Source: Paraphysomonas bandaiensis (taxonomy: Eukaryota; Protista; Chrysophyceae). Taken from it: a stretch of DNA of 64,000 bases. The DNA lies in assembly GCA_965644295.1 (NCBI GenBank), contig CBFFRP010000164.1, forward strand, positions 62,001 through 126,000, in the 5' to 3' direction. The position numbers were made by a program, and so were the translations under genes. The notes below the pieces were generated by a model, which was given only the letters and a program-made list of their open reading frames with translations, had not been told where the DNA came from and ran no database searches. Positions 25,804 through 35,695 of this stretch are shown here, one piece after another. The stretch's first letter is position 1, and each line of letters starts with the position of its first letter.

Positions 25804-27090
25804 TTATATATTGTTCACTGGACCGAAGAATTCGTAGTTGATTTGATTCTCCGGAATCTGCCATTCGCGCAAGCCGCCATAGATCTTCTGCATGAACTCC
25901 GTCGGCCCACAGAAGTAATAGTGCGAATCGCGATCCACAACGAGGGAATCGATGTTTCGCATTAGCGTGTTTCCATCTGGAAACTTCGTCACATCGTCGT
26001 CATAAAGAGACTTGATGGTCAGGTTGCTGCGCTGCTTGGTCTTGCAGAGATGCTCGATCTCATCATGCATGGCCTCTCCCTCTGGCGATCTCCATGTCTG
26101 AATCATCGTGACATGATTCTTGATGTTTGTGTTCTCCATGATATATTCCAACATACACAAACTAGGAGTTATCCCCACCCCCCCGCTGATCAGCACTATC
26201 GGCTTTTCATCCGGAACCTTCAAGTAATAATCTCCACAAGGTACCCCCACTTGAATCGCATCGCCGACCTTCACCTGAGTATGCAGATGTGTCGATACAG
26301 CCCCGGGAGGACAGTCGGGAAGCAATGGGGCTGCTTTCTTGACTGTGATGCGATATCCATCTTTTCCGGGGGCAGAGGAGAGGGTGTAGTTGCGCACGGT
26401 CACACCAGATGCAGTTGGGACTCGAATCGCAATGTACTGGCCGGGTAAGTAATCAAGGATTGGTTTTCCATCCGCAGGTTTCATTACAAAGGAAACGATG
26501 TTGCCTCCCTCGGGGGTGACGCTATCTACCTTGAATTCCCGATAGCCTTCCCAACCGCCCACCGCTTCGGCCTTTTCATTTCGAAGCTTGCGTTCTCGTT
26601 CGATGAGTAAATATGCAAGAAAATCGTATGCCTCACTCCATGCAGCGGCAACCTCAGGAGTGACGGCATCTTTGAGAACTTTTACGACTGCCCACATCAG
26701 ATTCTCCTTTACGAATTCATACTGATGAGGTAAAACATGAAGCGAAACATGCTTCTGAGCGATGCGTTCAACAGCTTCTGATAAAGCACCGAGATTGTCA
26801 ATGTTGGCTGCATATGCATGTATGCTACAAGCTAAAGCATATGGCTGACGAGCTTTTACTTCCCCTGGAAGAACGACTTGGTGCGTGGGATTGAACATGT
26901 CTTTGACTGGGCTGTTTTCACTAAGCATGCGCTTATACATTTCTGTTGTTATCGTATAACCATGTTCTGCCATGACAGGGGCCGTGGACTTAACAATTCG
27001 AATCGTCTCAGGACTCAAACTTGGTGTAGTTGATAGTCCACGAGCGGACCTTGCAACAAGTTTTGTCTTCAAAAGAAAATTGCGGAACAT
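25804..27090 (-). CDS. hmp: Flavohemoglobin (nitric oxide dioxygenase) with N-terminal mitochondrial-type presequence, intronless
   Basis: Globin domain: ITTEMYKRM, QPYALA..YAANIDNL, IAQKHVSL..QY, AAWSEAYDFLA. FAD domain: PGQYI, RNYTLSS. NAD domain: GGVGITP, YFCGPTEFM, YEFFGP. Confidence 0.95.
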   Translation of the reverse strand: MFRNFLLKTKLVARSARGLSTTPSLSPETIRIVKSTAPVMAEHGYTITTEMYKRMLSENSPVKDMFNPTHQVVLPGEVKARQPYALACSIHAYAANIDNLGALSEAVERIAQKHVSLHVLPHQYEFVKENLMWAVVKVLKDAVTPEVAAAWSEAYDFLAYLLIERERKLRNEKAEAVGGWEGYREFKVDSVTPEGGNIVSFVMKPADGKPILDYLPGQYIAIRVPTASGVTVRNYTLSSAPGKDGYRITVKKAAPLLPDCPPGAVSTHLHTQVKVGDAIQVGVPCGDYYLKVPDEKPIVLISGGVGITPSLCMLEYIMENTNIKNHVTMIQTWRSPEGEAMHDEIEHLCKTKQRSNLTIKSLYDDDVTKFPDGNTLMRNIDSLVVDRDSHYYFCGPTEFMQKIYGGLREWQIPENQINYEFFGPVNNI

Positions 27091-28099
27091 GGTGTTTGCA
27101 CTGATTAGCTTAGGAGTTGTTCAATAATGAATTTATAGCTCAGGGTTGCAAAAATAATGATTCGCTAAGATTAAATTCACATTGAAGAAAACCACTAGTT
27201 TGGAATCGTATCGGCATCATCTGTATATTTTTGTTCCAAGATGCCTCTAATATTGAGACAATAATTATCTGTATTCGAGCCGTAGTTGTATTGCAGTAAT
27301 ATAGAAGGTTTTTGCTTCAATTTACTCCCGAAAAAGTAAGATGCTAGAGTTCAACCTTCAACCAAATTCAAGCGTTATTGCGATATTGTAATACAATATA
27401 TACACTGCATAATATAACGCCATATACTTCTATGTGCCCTATGCATATCTTATGAAGTCACTTCAAGTACTAAACTGAAAAGAACATCCTCATTTCTCTT
27501 TGTATATTGTGATGTTGTATTACAGTAGTACAGCTGTACTTTGCGGTCCACGCATGAAGGTTAAGAGTGATAGTTAACGCATAGCTAACATGAGAGTTAT
27601 CATTCATGACTGCTGTGTAAGTGTTCTGGATTGAGAGTAATGCTCTTAGGGTGTAATGCGCAGGTAACCAATACTGGCCAACGGTGGTGCCCCATCCAGA
27701 GCTATACTTCTAGCTCTTCTACAATTCACTATACTTGAGAGCAAAGCCCTTCTACACGGTCTACTCTCCATATCATCATCATTCTTACACATATCTCACT
27801 ATAATCCCGTGCCGAGGTTGCTCCATACAGTACAGTGCATTGCAGATCAGTGTGTGTGTATGTCTATGCGGCTATCTGTGTGCTGCACCTGCATCGGCAG
27901 TAGGGGGGGTTGTAGGCCCGGGGCTGAGGCGGGAGCTGGTGATGATTAAACCGGTATACCAACACAATCGTCGTTGTTGTTGTTGTGTTATTATTGTCAC
28001 GGTTGTTCAGTTTCATTGTCGAACCACAAAACAACCACCAATAATGGTTCTGCTGACAACTCATTCATACAGTGAAAAAATTGTATAATTTAATACAAT

Positions 28100-28686
28100 A
28101 TGCAATTCATATTCCATAGGAAATATAGTACCACAATAGAAAATAATTCCAATCTGGCCCAGTTACAAACTTTGATTGTGGAAATGCTCCAAGAATTTCG
28201 AGATTCTGACCCTAGTGTTATGGAACGGAGCAGGCCAACCTTTCAACCTGACGAGTATGATGTTCTAATCACTGATATCGCAGAAAATGATTTGATTTCT
28301 ATCGGGAATGAGCTGGGCTATAAGCGCCTTGAAACCACTGAACGAGTTACCGAATATCCAATTTATGGAATTATGTATGGTGCTAATTTTCGAGTATTTG
28401 TACCGTTCGTTGTTCAGAAACGTAAAATCAAGGTTAATGTTAATTATTTGTTCGATAGTGGCTCACCTTGTACGTACCTTCGAAATGACACGCTAATGGC
28501 ACTTGGATTCCAGGAGTTCATACCTAACGATACGAACGTAATAATTAATGGCAAAGGAATGACTGTATATCGATCAAAGGCGCATATCGAAAACATTGAT
28601 TGCTGGGACAGGACTTTATGAGGTGTGCATCACTACTTGTGACACTAAATTATTCTTTGCTCGAGGTCACAGTTGCTACAGTCTGA
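28100..28686 (+). pseudogene. Retropepsin-like (clan AA) aspartic protease, one frameshift near the C-terminus
   Basis: Catalytic VNYLFDSGSPCTYL. The conserved LLGQDF motif lies in the -1 frame at ~28600 (gattgctgggacaggac) and runs to TGA 28684-28686. Confidence 0.65.
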
Positions 28687-29269
28687 TTCTTTATCTTAAC
28701 AAAAGAATGGTTAAGAAATCACAATTGATTTCCCACGATGTTATCTTAAAACAATCTTCCAAGTATAGAAAAATAATAAGCGAACCAAATCAAGTGAGAT
28801 TAACACCCAAGATAGTTCCCAAACTAAATTTTACTTAATGATTTAACTTTAACAATTAAACCCTTACGGGGTATACCGGTTTAAGTACATTATTCAACTA
28901 GTAACAAGCACACTTTAATTTATTTTATTTAGCTTTAAAACATTCACGCCCACCCTACACACTACTAGCTATTAAACCGGTATACCCCGTAAGTGTGTTG
29001 GTATACCCTAAAGGGGTATACCGGTTTAGAATTCGTTTATTATCACAAAAATTATAAAAGAAACAAAATGAAATATTGTATTTTTAACCAAAAACGAAAA
29101 CATACATATACCGCAAATAAGTTCAACCGAATTTCTCAGTACATTTTGGTATGTATTTATTTATTTGTGGTTCTGTTATTTATTTTATTATTGCTATTAG
29201 TTTGTCATACCATTACCGAAAATAAATATTATCGTCGATACAAAAAATGGTTAATACATGTTCGTTGGA

Positions 29270-29416
29270 CAGACATTTGCGAGGCGACTTCAGTGCGATG
29301 TGTGTTGATATGCAAATGCTAATAGGATAGAAAGTCGATGGACATAGCTCGAGCAGAAGGTCACAAAGAAATTATTGCCATCCTGGAACAGAGATTGGCC
29401 AGCTTGTCGACCTAAT
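29270..29416 (+). pseudogene. Ankyrin-repeat C-terminal fragment
   Basis: SMDIARAEGHKEIIAILEQRLASLST* is a typical terminal ankyrin repeat. The upstream frame is interrupted. Confidence 0.5.
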
Positions 29417-29622
29417 AATGAGGTGTGAGTTGGCCAATTGTTGTTCAAGGATCACAAAAATTTCCTTATGGCCTTCTTCTCGAGCTAAGTCTAGCGCAGA
29501 CTTTTCATCCTGTCCATATCATAGTTGTGTGTTAATATTTGTGATAAAGAATAGTATAGGCGGCAAATACTAAACCGGTATAACACATTGACCATATCAT
29601 TGTGTGGGTATACCGGCTTAAC

Positions 29623-29788
29623 AATCTCCCTACGGAATCCCGTGGTCTTTTTTGTATGGAACATAGCCGTGAACATATGGTGGATTCCGAGTGCACCAGT
29701 CGTGGGCGCATTTTCTTTCTCTCACATCCACCATATGTTCACGTTTATGTTCCATACGAAACAATCCTCGTGTTTCCGTAGGGAGATT
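29623..29788. mobile_element. Fold-back element / long imperfect inverted repeat (~60-bp arms)
   Basis: aatctccctacggaa..tatggaacat..cgtgaacatatggtgga pairs with tccaccatatgttcacg..atgttccata..ttccgtagggagatt. Confidence 0.75.
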
Positions 29789-31101
29789 TAAACCGGTATA
29801 CCCCTTTAAGGTATTCCAACACAATGGTAGTGCAGCTCCCGTCAATTATAAAGGTATTACCATTAATGGCCCATTAATGCCATTACAATTAACGGTTACC
29901 AGGCCCTGGTGTATACACGTAGAACGTGTTAGATGTCGTCTTAAATTCATATTTTACGTAATACTACATAGTCATCACTACATAGTCATACCTTCGTGCA
30001 TATTTCAAAAAAATGCCGCCAAAAACTGCGGTGCTACTAATGTAAGTATATAAGTGTCACTTGTGTAGACGTCTTTGGGCTTTGTTGAATAAATAGGCAT
30101 CCGGGAATGGACCTTGGTTCTTGCGGTGACGCACAATCAGCTTCTTAGTAGGGCTAAATAGTAGCATATAAGAGTTACTCAATAGTTAGTTAATTGCTTT
30201 GCCACATTGTTCTGACTTTTACACCCCTATTGCTGAGAACCAGACATTCACTACAATTATTCATACTACAAGGGTTAGAAATTGGGAATACTTTGTACAA
30301 GGTAGGAAATAGGATCAGATAGTCATATCACTGATGATACTTGTCATCAGACAGTCGTCACCATGTACAAGTTATTTTACCAAATTGAAACTCATGTAGT
30401 ACTCTATGCGCTATGTACAATTAGATTGGAGCAGCATATTTTAAAGTATTTATTGGCTGAAGATGCTACAAATCAGAAGTAACAAATCCTTCAAAGCAAA
30501 TGAAACTTATGACGATTACTTGGTACTATAGCACATATTAAGTCAGTAAAAGTTACGCTCTTGCTCTTGCTGTAGCCCACTATTAGAAGTCGGCATCCGC
30601 AGGTTGATTGTTTAATTCACTTACTCGAAATGGCCATCACTACCAAGTTACCAATTAAGCCCCTTCATATCTACCAATTTGGTTCTTCTAACTAGTAAAG
30701 ATTTAATTGAGCTAGTGCTTCATAATCCTTCATCATGTCATCTTGTTGTCGGTAGTGTGGCTCAAGGTATCAGTTTCTAACTCTACACGCTTATCTAAGA
30801 AATAGAATCACCGTATATATATCTTATTTCTCTGAGATTCAGTTTTGATGAATTGTTACGCGATGTTTATTGATATGCCGGTGTAGCGCGTGCTCTTGTA
30901 TTGCTGAGAGACCTCTTTATATAGATATGGGTATGGATTGGTATATCTGTCTCCTCCAGATATGGAAATTGGGATAAACAGAGTCCTGAGTATCTAGATA
31001 CATTCTCTGTTGGGGTATTCGCTGTATAGGGTGAATACAGCAGTATATGCTGCACGAAATTTAGGATATGCATGTTGACAGGCAGAGCTGCTCATTGAGA
31101 G

Positions 31102-32110
31102 TTGAACACTGCAGCTCTGACATATTTATCAGGTGTCATGGAGGAACAAATCGATTCAGATATGAAGGATGCAGTAGAATATGTTATTAAATATAGGAAA
31201 TCTGAAGAACAACACTCAGTTCTTCAACCACTGTCAGTCGAGGAATTATTTGACAACAATCAGGATGGAAATATTTCCTTACGCATAAATAAGTGTGTCA
31301 AATTGTACTGTTGGAATCTGTTTCCGTCCCTTTGTAAATTTAATGAGAAAGGTCAACTACAACGCCGGAAGCAGCATGTTGAGGACAAGTCAGTGCGGGA
31401 GTCAATTCAACAGAAGTTAGCGAAAATGCTGGAACAGTATTGGTTTCAAGACAGAGTTCCTGGTATATATGATCTCTCTCATTTAGATAGTAGTAAGGTG
31501 GTTAACAAAATGCTCTTTATTCTTTCTGCCGCTTTTAATGAGATACAAGACCCCCTAGGTACAGAGTACATGCTCGTGATACTGTTTTGATATATAGGCA
31601 GATATTGATACTATGGATATATATCGCGAGGAGGAGAGTACGAATCAACAAGAGCAAAGTATACATAAGGATTGTGACATGATGAATGGAACTTTAAAGG
31701 CCATACAAGAGGAGACCAGCGTATTACGGAGAGATACTGATGCCATACAAGAGGAGACCAGCGTATTACGGAGAGATACTGATGCCTTACAAGAAGAGAC
31801 CAGTGCCTTACGGAAGGAAATAGAAGTGATATCCAAAACGTTGAATGCCTCGAGCATGAATGAACCAGGTACAAAGAGAGTGCGCACCTATGGTGGAAGA
31901 GATTCATTACAATATTACGTGGTGGAAGTCCTCAAAGCCTCTAATTCCGCACTCGATAAATTGCAAATTAGAGAAAAGATATGCGAGTTATCTTCATACG
32001 AACCCAAAGTAAGTGCTGTCAACAAGGTATTGTACGAGCTAGAGCGAGAAAGAAGGGTTCAGAGGTATAGAGGAACGGGGTCTAAACCTGTCTGGAGGGT
32101 AGTGAGTTGA
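31102..32110 (+). CDS. Coiled-coil protein with C-terminal Z-alpha-like winged-helix domain (5' end unresolved)
   Basis: ORFs 31102-31590 and 31613-32110 join in frame via intron 31559-31601. The C-terminus VSAVNKVLYELERERRVQRYRGTGSKPVWRVV carries the N-x-x-L-Y and P-x-W Z-alpha signature. Confidence 0.7.
31700..31814 (+). repeat. 42-bp coding tandem repeat (AIQEETSVLRRDTD, ~2.7 copies)
   Basis: Units start at 31700, 31742 and 31784. 14 aa equals two heptads. Confidence 0.9.
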
Positions 32111-32535
32111 CACGGGGATCAGAGAGTGCACCATTCTCCATTATGGTATCGATGCGACACGTTTGTATTTGTATATATTCTGGAATTATTAACATGACTT
32201 TAATAAGTTGTTATAGAAAAATGAACTCAATACGAAAGTAATCAACATATTAATGGTATATTGGTACCAATATAGTTGTTTAATTAAATGAAATATGCTC
32301 AAGTTGTCATCAGGAAGGTGCATTGAGATGGAAATGCTAAATAAGCTGTAATCTATATTAGGAATCATAATTCCGTAAACTCATTTATATTCTCGTGTAT
32401 CAGAAGTCGAAGTAATTGAAAATACAGTTTTTGAAGCTATCTATGATAAATATTAAATATACAGCACGATTCGTAATTCCATTAAATAGCTACAAATAAA
32501 CAGAAAATGCACTCTTCGCATTCTAATTGACATAT

Positions 32536-33718
32536 CTACAGAAAGAACACTGTAATTGGTATTTGATTCTTCGGGCTATATCTCCACAAGTCGTAGAGGT
32601 CAAGGATTTTCATCTTCTGGCGTTGACTGGCACAATAATGAGTAATAAAACAATTTGCTCCAGGCCAATGAGAAAAACACCACGGTTCCACCGTGTCCGT
32701 TGGATACTGGCTCTTCGGATTCTTAGATGATCCCCATGGGAGATTCGGGAGGTCAGGGAATGACAACACCATAACATGAGCTGAGTGGCGGAGGTACAGC
32801 GCATGTAACTGAGCCTGAGAATAGAAAGATATTACATAAATAAATAAGACTAGATATATTACCTGCTCCCAGGGCCACTGTGTGCGCCACTGCTGCGGGA
32901 ATTTCGAGTTTGAATACGGCTCCTACAATACAACAAACATGTCAAGAGAACTGTACATGACAGCGCAACTAATTTCACACCCCGGCAGAGTGCCACCATT
33001 GTCGTAAAACTCCCACAGCTTTCTCTGTGTTAAACCAAAGTATAGTACCGGAGTTGAAGCAGTGTGGAAACCCTAGTTCAAGTGCCCGTTTGCATGCCCA
33101 ACCCGGCCCGTCCTGGTTAAAAGCTATAGGCTTTCGCTGAACGTTCCATCTCAAGTCCTTCTTCATGTATGATATTGCAATAGCCTGTGTATTAAGTAAT
33201 TTAAGTGAGGTTCACAAGTATTAACTATCACCAAAGAGAAATTTGTTGTCATTACGGCGTCAGAATCAAGGTAAACAAATGCTTTTACATGAGTAAACTT
33301 TTCGCTGGCAGCTATCATTGCCCTGACCTGCTAGCATATCAATATGGGGATTTGTGCATGCAGAACACTAGCCTTGCACCATGCAGGCGACAAAGACATT
33401 TCCAAGTAACGGCATTCCTTTCCGCTTGGCATTGAGAAATAAAAGTATTGATGCCCATGCAGATCGGCATATGCTTTGTTCCATATGAACGATGCAGCCC
33501 AGTAGTCTCGTATAGGTCTCGTATCATATTGCAGCAAAGCAATGTCCTAATCAAAATAACGCGCCAGTCATGACTAATAACAGACTATTACCTACCTCTG
33601 GTTTAATGTCCTCATCGGACAGTTCATGTCCCACTAGCACGCCATCACCACCAAAGCTATTTTGTATGATCTCAGTGAAAACCAGATGAAAAAATAAATA
33701 AACTCTCCAGTACTTCAT
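32536..33718 (-). CDS. Secreted/type-II glycosyltransferase, GT34 (GMA12/MNN10)-like, multi-exon
   Basis: Hydrophobic N-terminus; WNKAYADLHGHQY, SPAWCK, DxD motif (LILDSDAV region ~33255-33280), FNSGTILW..LRQWW, WPWEQ. Confidence 0.65.
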
Positions 33719-34178
33719 ATCATACTAAGTCCGGCTCAATTCTAGCCACTATGTTAAGCATCCGTTTAAGTTCATCTGGCTGCTCAGTATTGTAGGCGTC
33801 CTTCAAGTACTCTGTATATGGGTACAGAGTACACGTGTAGGGGTAGTACACCTATAGCGTATACCAGTATACACAACTTGCTATAGCAAAAAAAAGCAAT
33901 CATGACTGATTGTGGACTACTGTACGTAGTACACACTACAATGCTGCCATCCCTCCAAGTGGAGTACAGCTATGTATACCGTATATTGCCGGTAGTCACC
34001 ATCATCTGTACGGCGCTCTCTTGCTGTGATATACACATACATATATATACATAGATGACACTATTAATGCCACCAGCAGCGCCAGTTATAGCAGTTCATT
34101 GGTGGGTTAGTCAATTTGCTAATTAATCTGCTTCAGTTCAGACATCAATAAAGATCTATATTGATAATTACTGTTAAA

Positions 34179-35695
34179 ATGAGCTCAAGTTTTGGAAGCA
34201 CTGCATTCACTTCACCTCAAAAAAGTTTTGGTTTAGGAGGACAAAATACCACAAGTGGATTTGGAAGTAGCGGAACAGGGTCTTCTTTTGGTAGTTTTGG
34301 TAGTGGTAATAAGCAGTCAATGGGGTTTGGATCCTCTTCTACTAACACAACCACAAATACTTTTGGATCTCCCAGTGGAATCAATACTAATGCTGGCGGA
34401 GGGACAACTGGGGGGCTATCGAGTGGTTTTAGCTCAACAGGATTCGGTTCTTCTTCCGGGATGGCTACCTCTGGGCAGCAGCAAGGATACTCGGCGTTAG
34501 GTGGGGGATTCTCTCAGGGCTTCGGAAAGGGGGCTGGACAGGCTGGGCAGTCCGGGTTTGGGTCTGGTATGTCCATGGGGGGATCCTTTGGTGGAGGGTT
34601 CTCACAAACTAGTTTTGGCGGGCAGCAGCAGCAACAACAACAGAGAGGTTCTGTGTGATGTGCAGTGAGGTATTGTTATGATTTGTGTAACAGGCGGACA
34701 AGAATGGACAGGGGCAATGAAGATCAATGAACTTCGCCTAGCCTACGCTCCAATGCCTTCTGAGGAAGAGAAGCGGTACTGTGAATTCCGTAGATGCGCG
34801 TATATTCCTAAAGGTCAGGCTTGGGGTGGGCAAGGGACTGGCCACACTCTCGGTCAATGGAGGCTCTGGCAGGTCAGTGCGTATCACATTTCGCGTCGGA
34901 CTCGTGTTACTAAATACTTACCATCTTTTTTCTAGGACGGAGATAGAGAAAATCCTGATCCCGAGAATCTAGAGCCTGTGCTGGAGGTCGGAGCAGCTGC
35001 TTTAGATAGGAGGTTTGAGGAGCAAAAAACACAGGCGAAGACACTCAAGGAATACTCTGACGGAGTCTTATCAGCCCTCACTGCTGTAGACAAAACTTCC
35101 AGGTTTGTTTCAAATAAGATGGAAGAACTCCAGGCTGAGCAGGCCAGATTATACCACAAGATGCTTGTTGTAATGCGCAAGTTGGAGCTCTTCCGCCGCC
35201 ATGGCACACCTATCAGTGCAGATGAACAGAGGTACATGACCTGCCCCGTCAACTGTTCGCTATTGTACGTATCTATATCTATGTATGTTAACTCGTCGGT
35301 CGGGCACAGATATTACGAACGCTTGGATCGAATTAAGCGCGCAATGCGGATCCCAAACGACACAATGCAGAAATTGATCACCATGCAGGTCTGTATAGCG
35401 TTCCAGCTCTTGCTGTAGTATAACATATTTGCGATATGGGTAGACGCAACTGGATCGTACTCCTGGAGAATTATATGGCAAGAACCCTACCCTTGAAGAG
35501 GAAGAGAAATTGTGCCGTGCTCTTGATAAGCAGAGGGAAGGGCTTCAGCATCTGACAACCATATTGACGTAAGCCATGCTAATGTAGTCTATGTACTCTG
35601 ATTGTTTCCACAACAGGAAAGATATACGAGATATGGGAATAATTAAAAAGAAGCTGTCAGAGATGTCGAGGGACAGGCAGTTCTCATCAAATTAA
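34179..35695 (+). CDS. NUP54: FG nucleoporin Nup54, multi-exon
   Basis: FG-rich N-terminus; NPDPENLEPVLEVGAAALDRRFEEQ; C-terminal LDKQREGLQHLTTIL..DIRDMGII. Confidence 0.85.

Larger units (their letters stand above)
23592..29823. repeat. Family of 36-bp dyad sites ttaaaccggtatacc-N7-ggtataccaacaca (8 full or partial copies)
   Basis: Copies: 23592-23627(+), 27946-27966(+, collapsed), 28862-28884(-), 28972-28993(+), 28994-29029(-), 29570-29587(+), 29601-29621(-), 29788-29823(+). None noticed elsewhere in the window. Confidence 0.9.
23569..29908. mobile_element. hAT MITE (family 1) split by a ~6.2-kb cargo-bearing insertion
   Basis: Left half caggacctggtaaccattaatgg is at 23569-23591. Right half atggtagtgcag..ttaacggttaccaggccctg is at 29824-29908. 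Outer flanks gtctatac and gtgtatac are a 7/8 TSD. The halves rejoin to match the intact copy at 17755. Confidence 0.8.

Noticed and set aside
23592-29823. CRISPR array interpretation of the 36-bp palindromic repeats
   Set aside because: Spacing ranges from 0 to >4 kb, orientations are mixed, there are no cas genes, and the context is eukaryotic.
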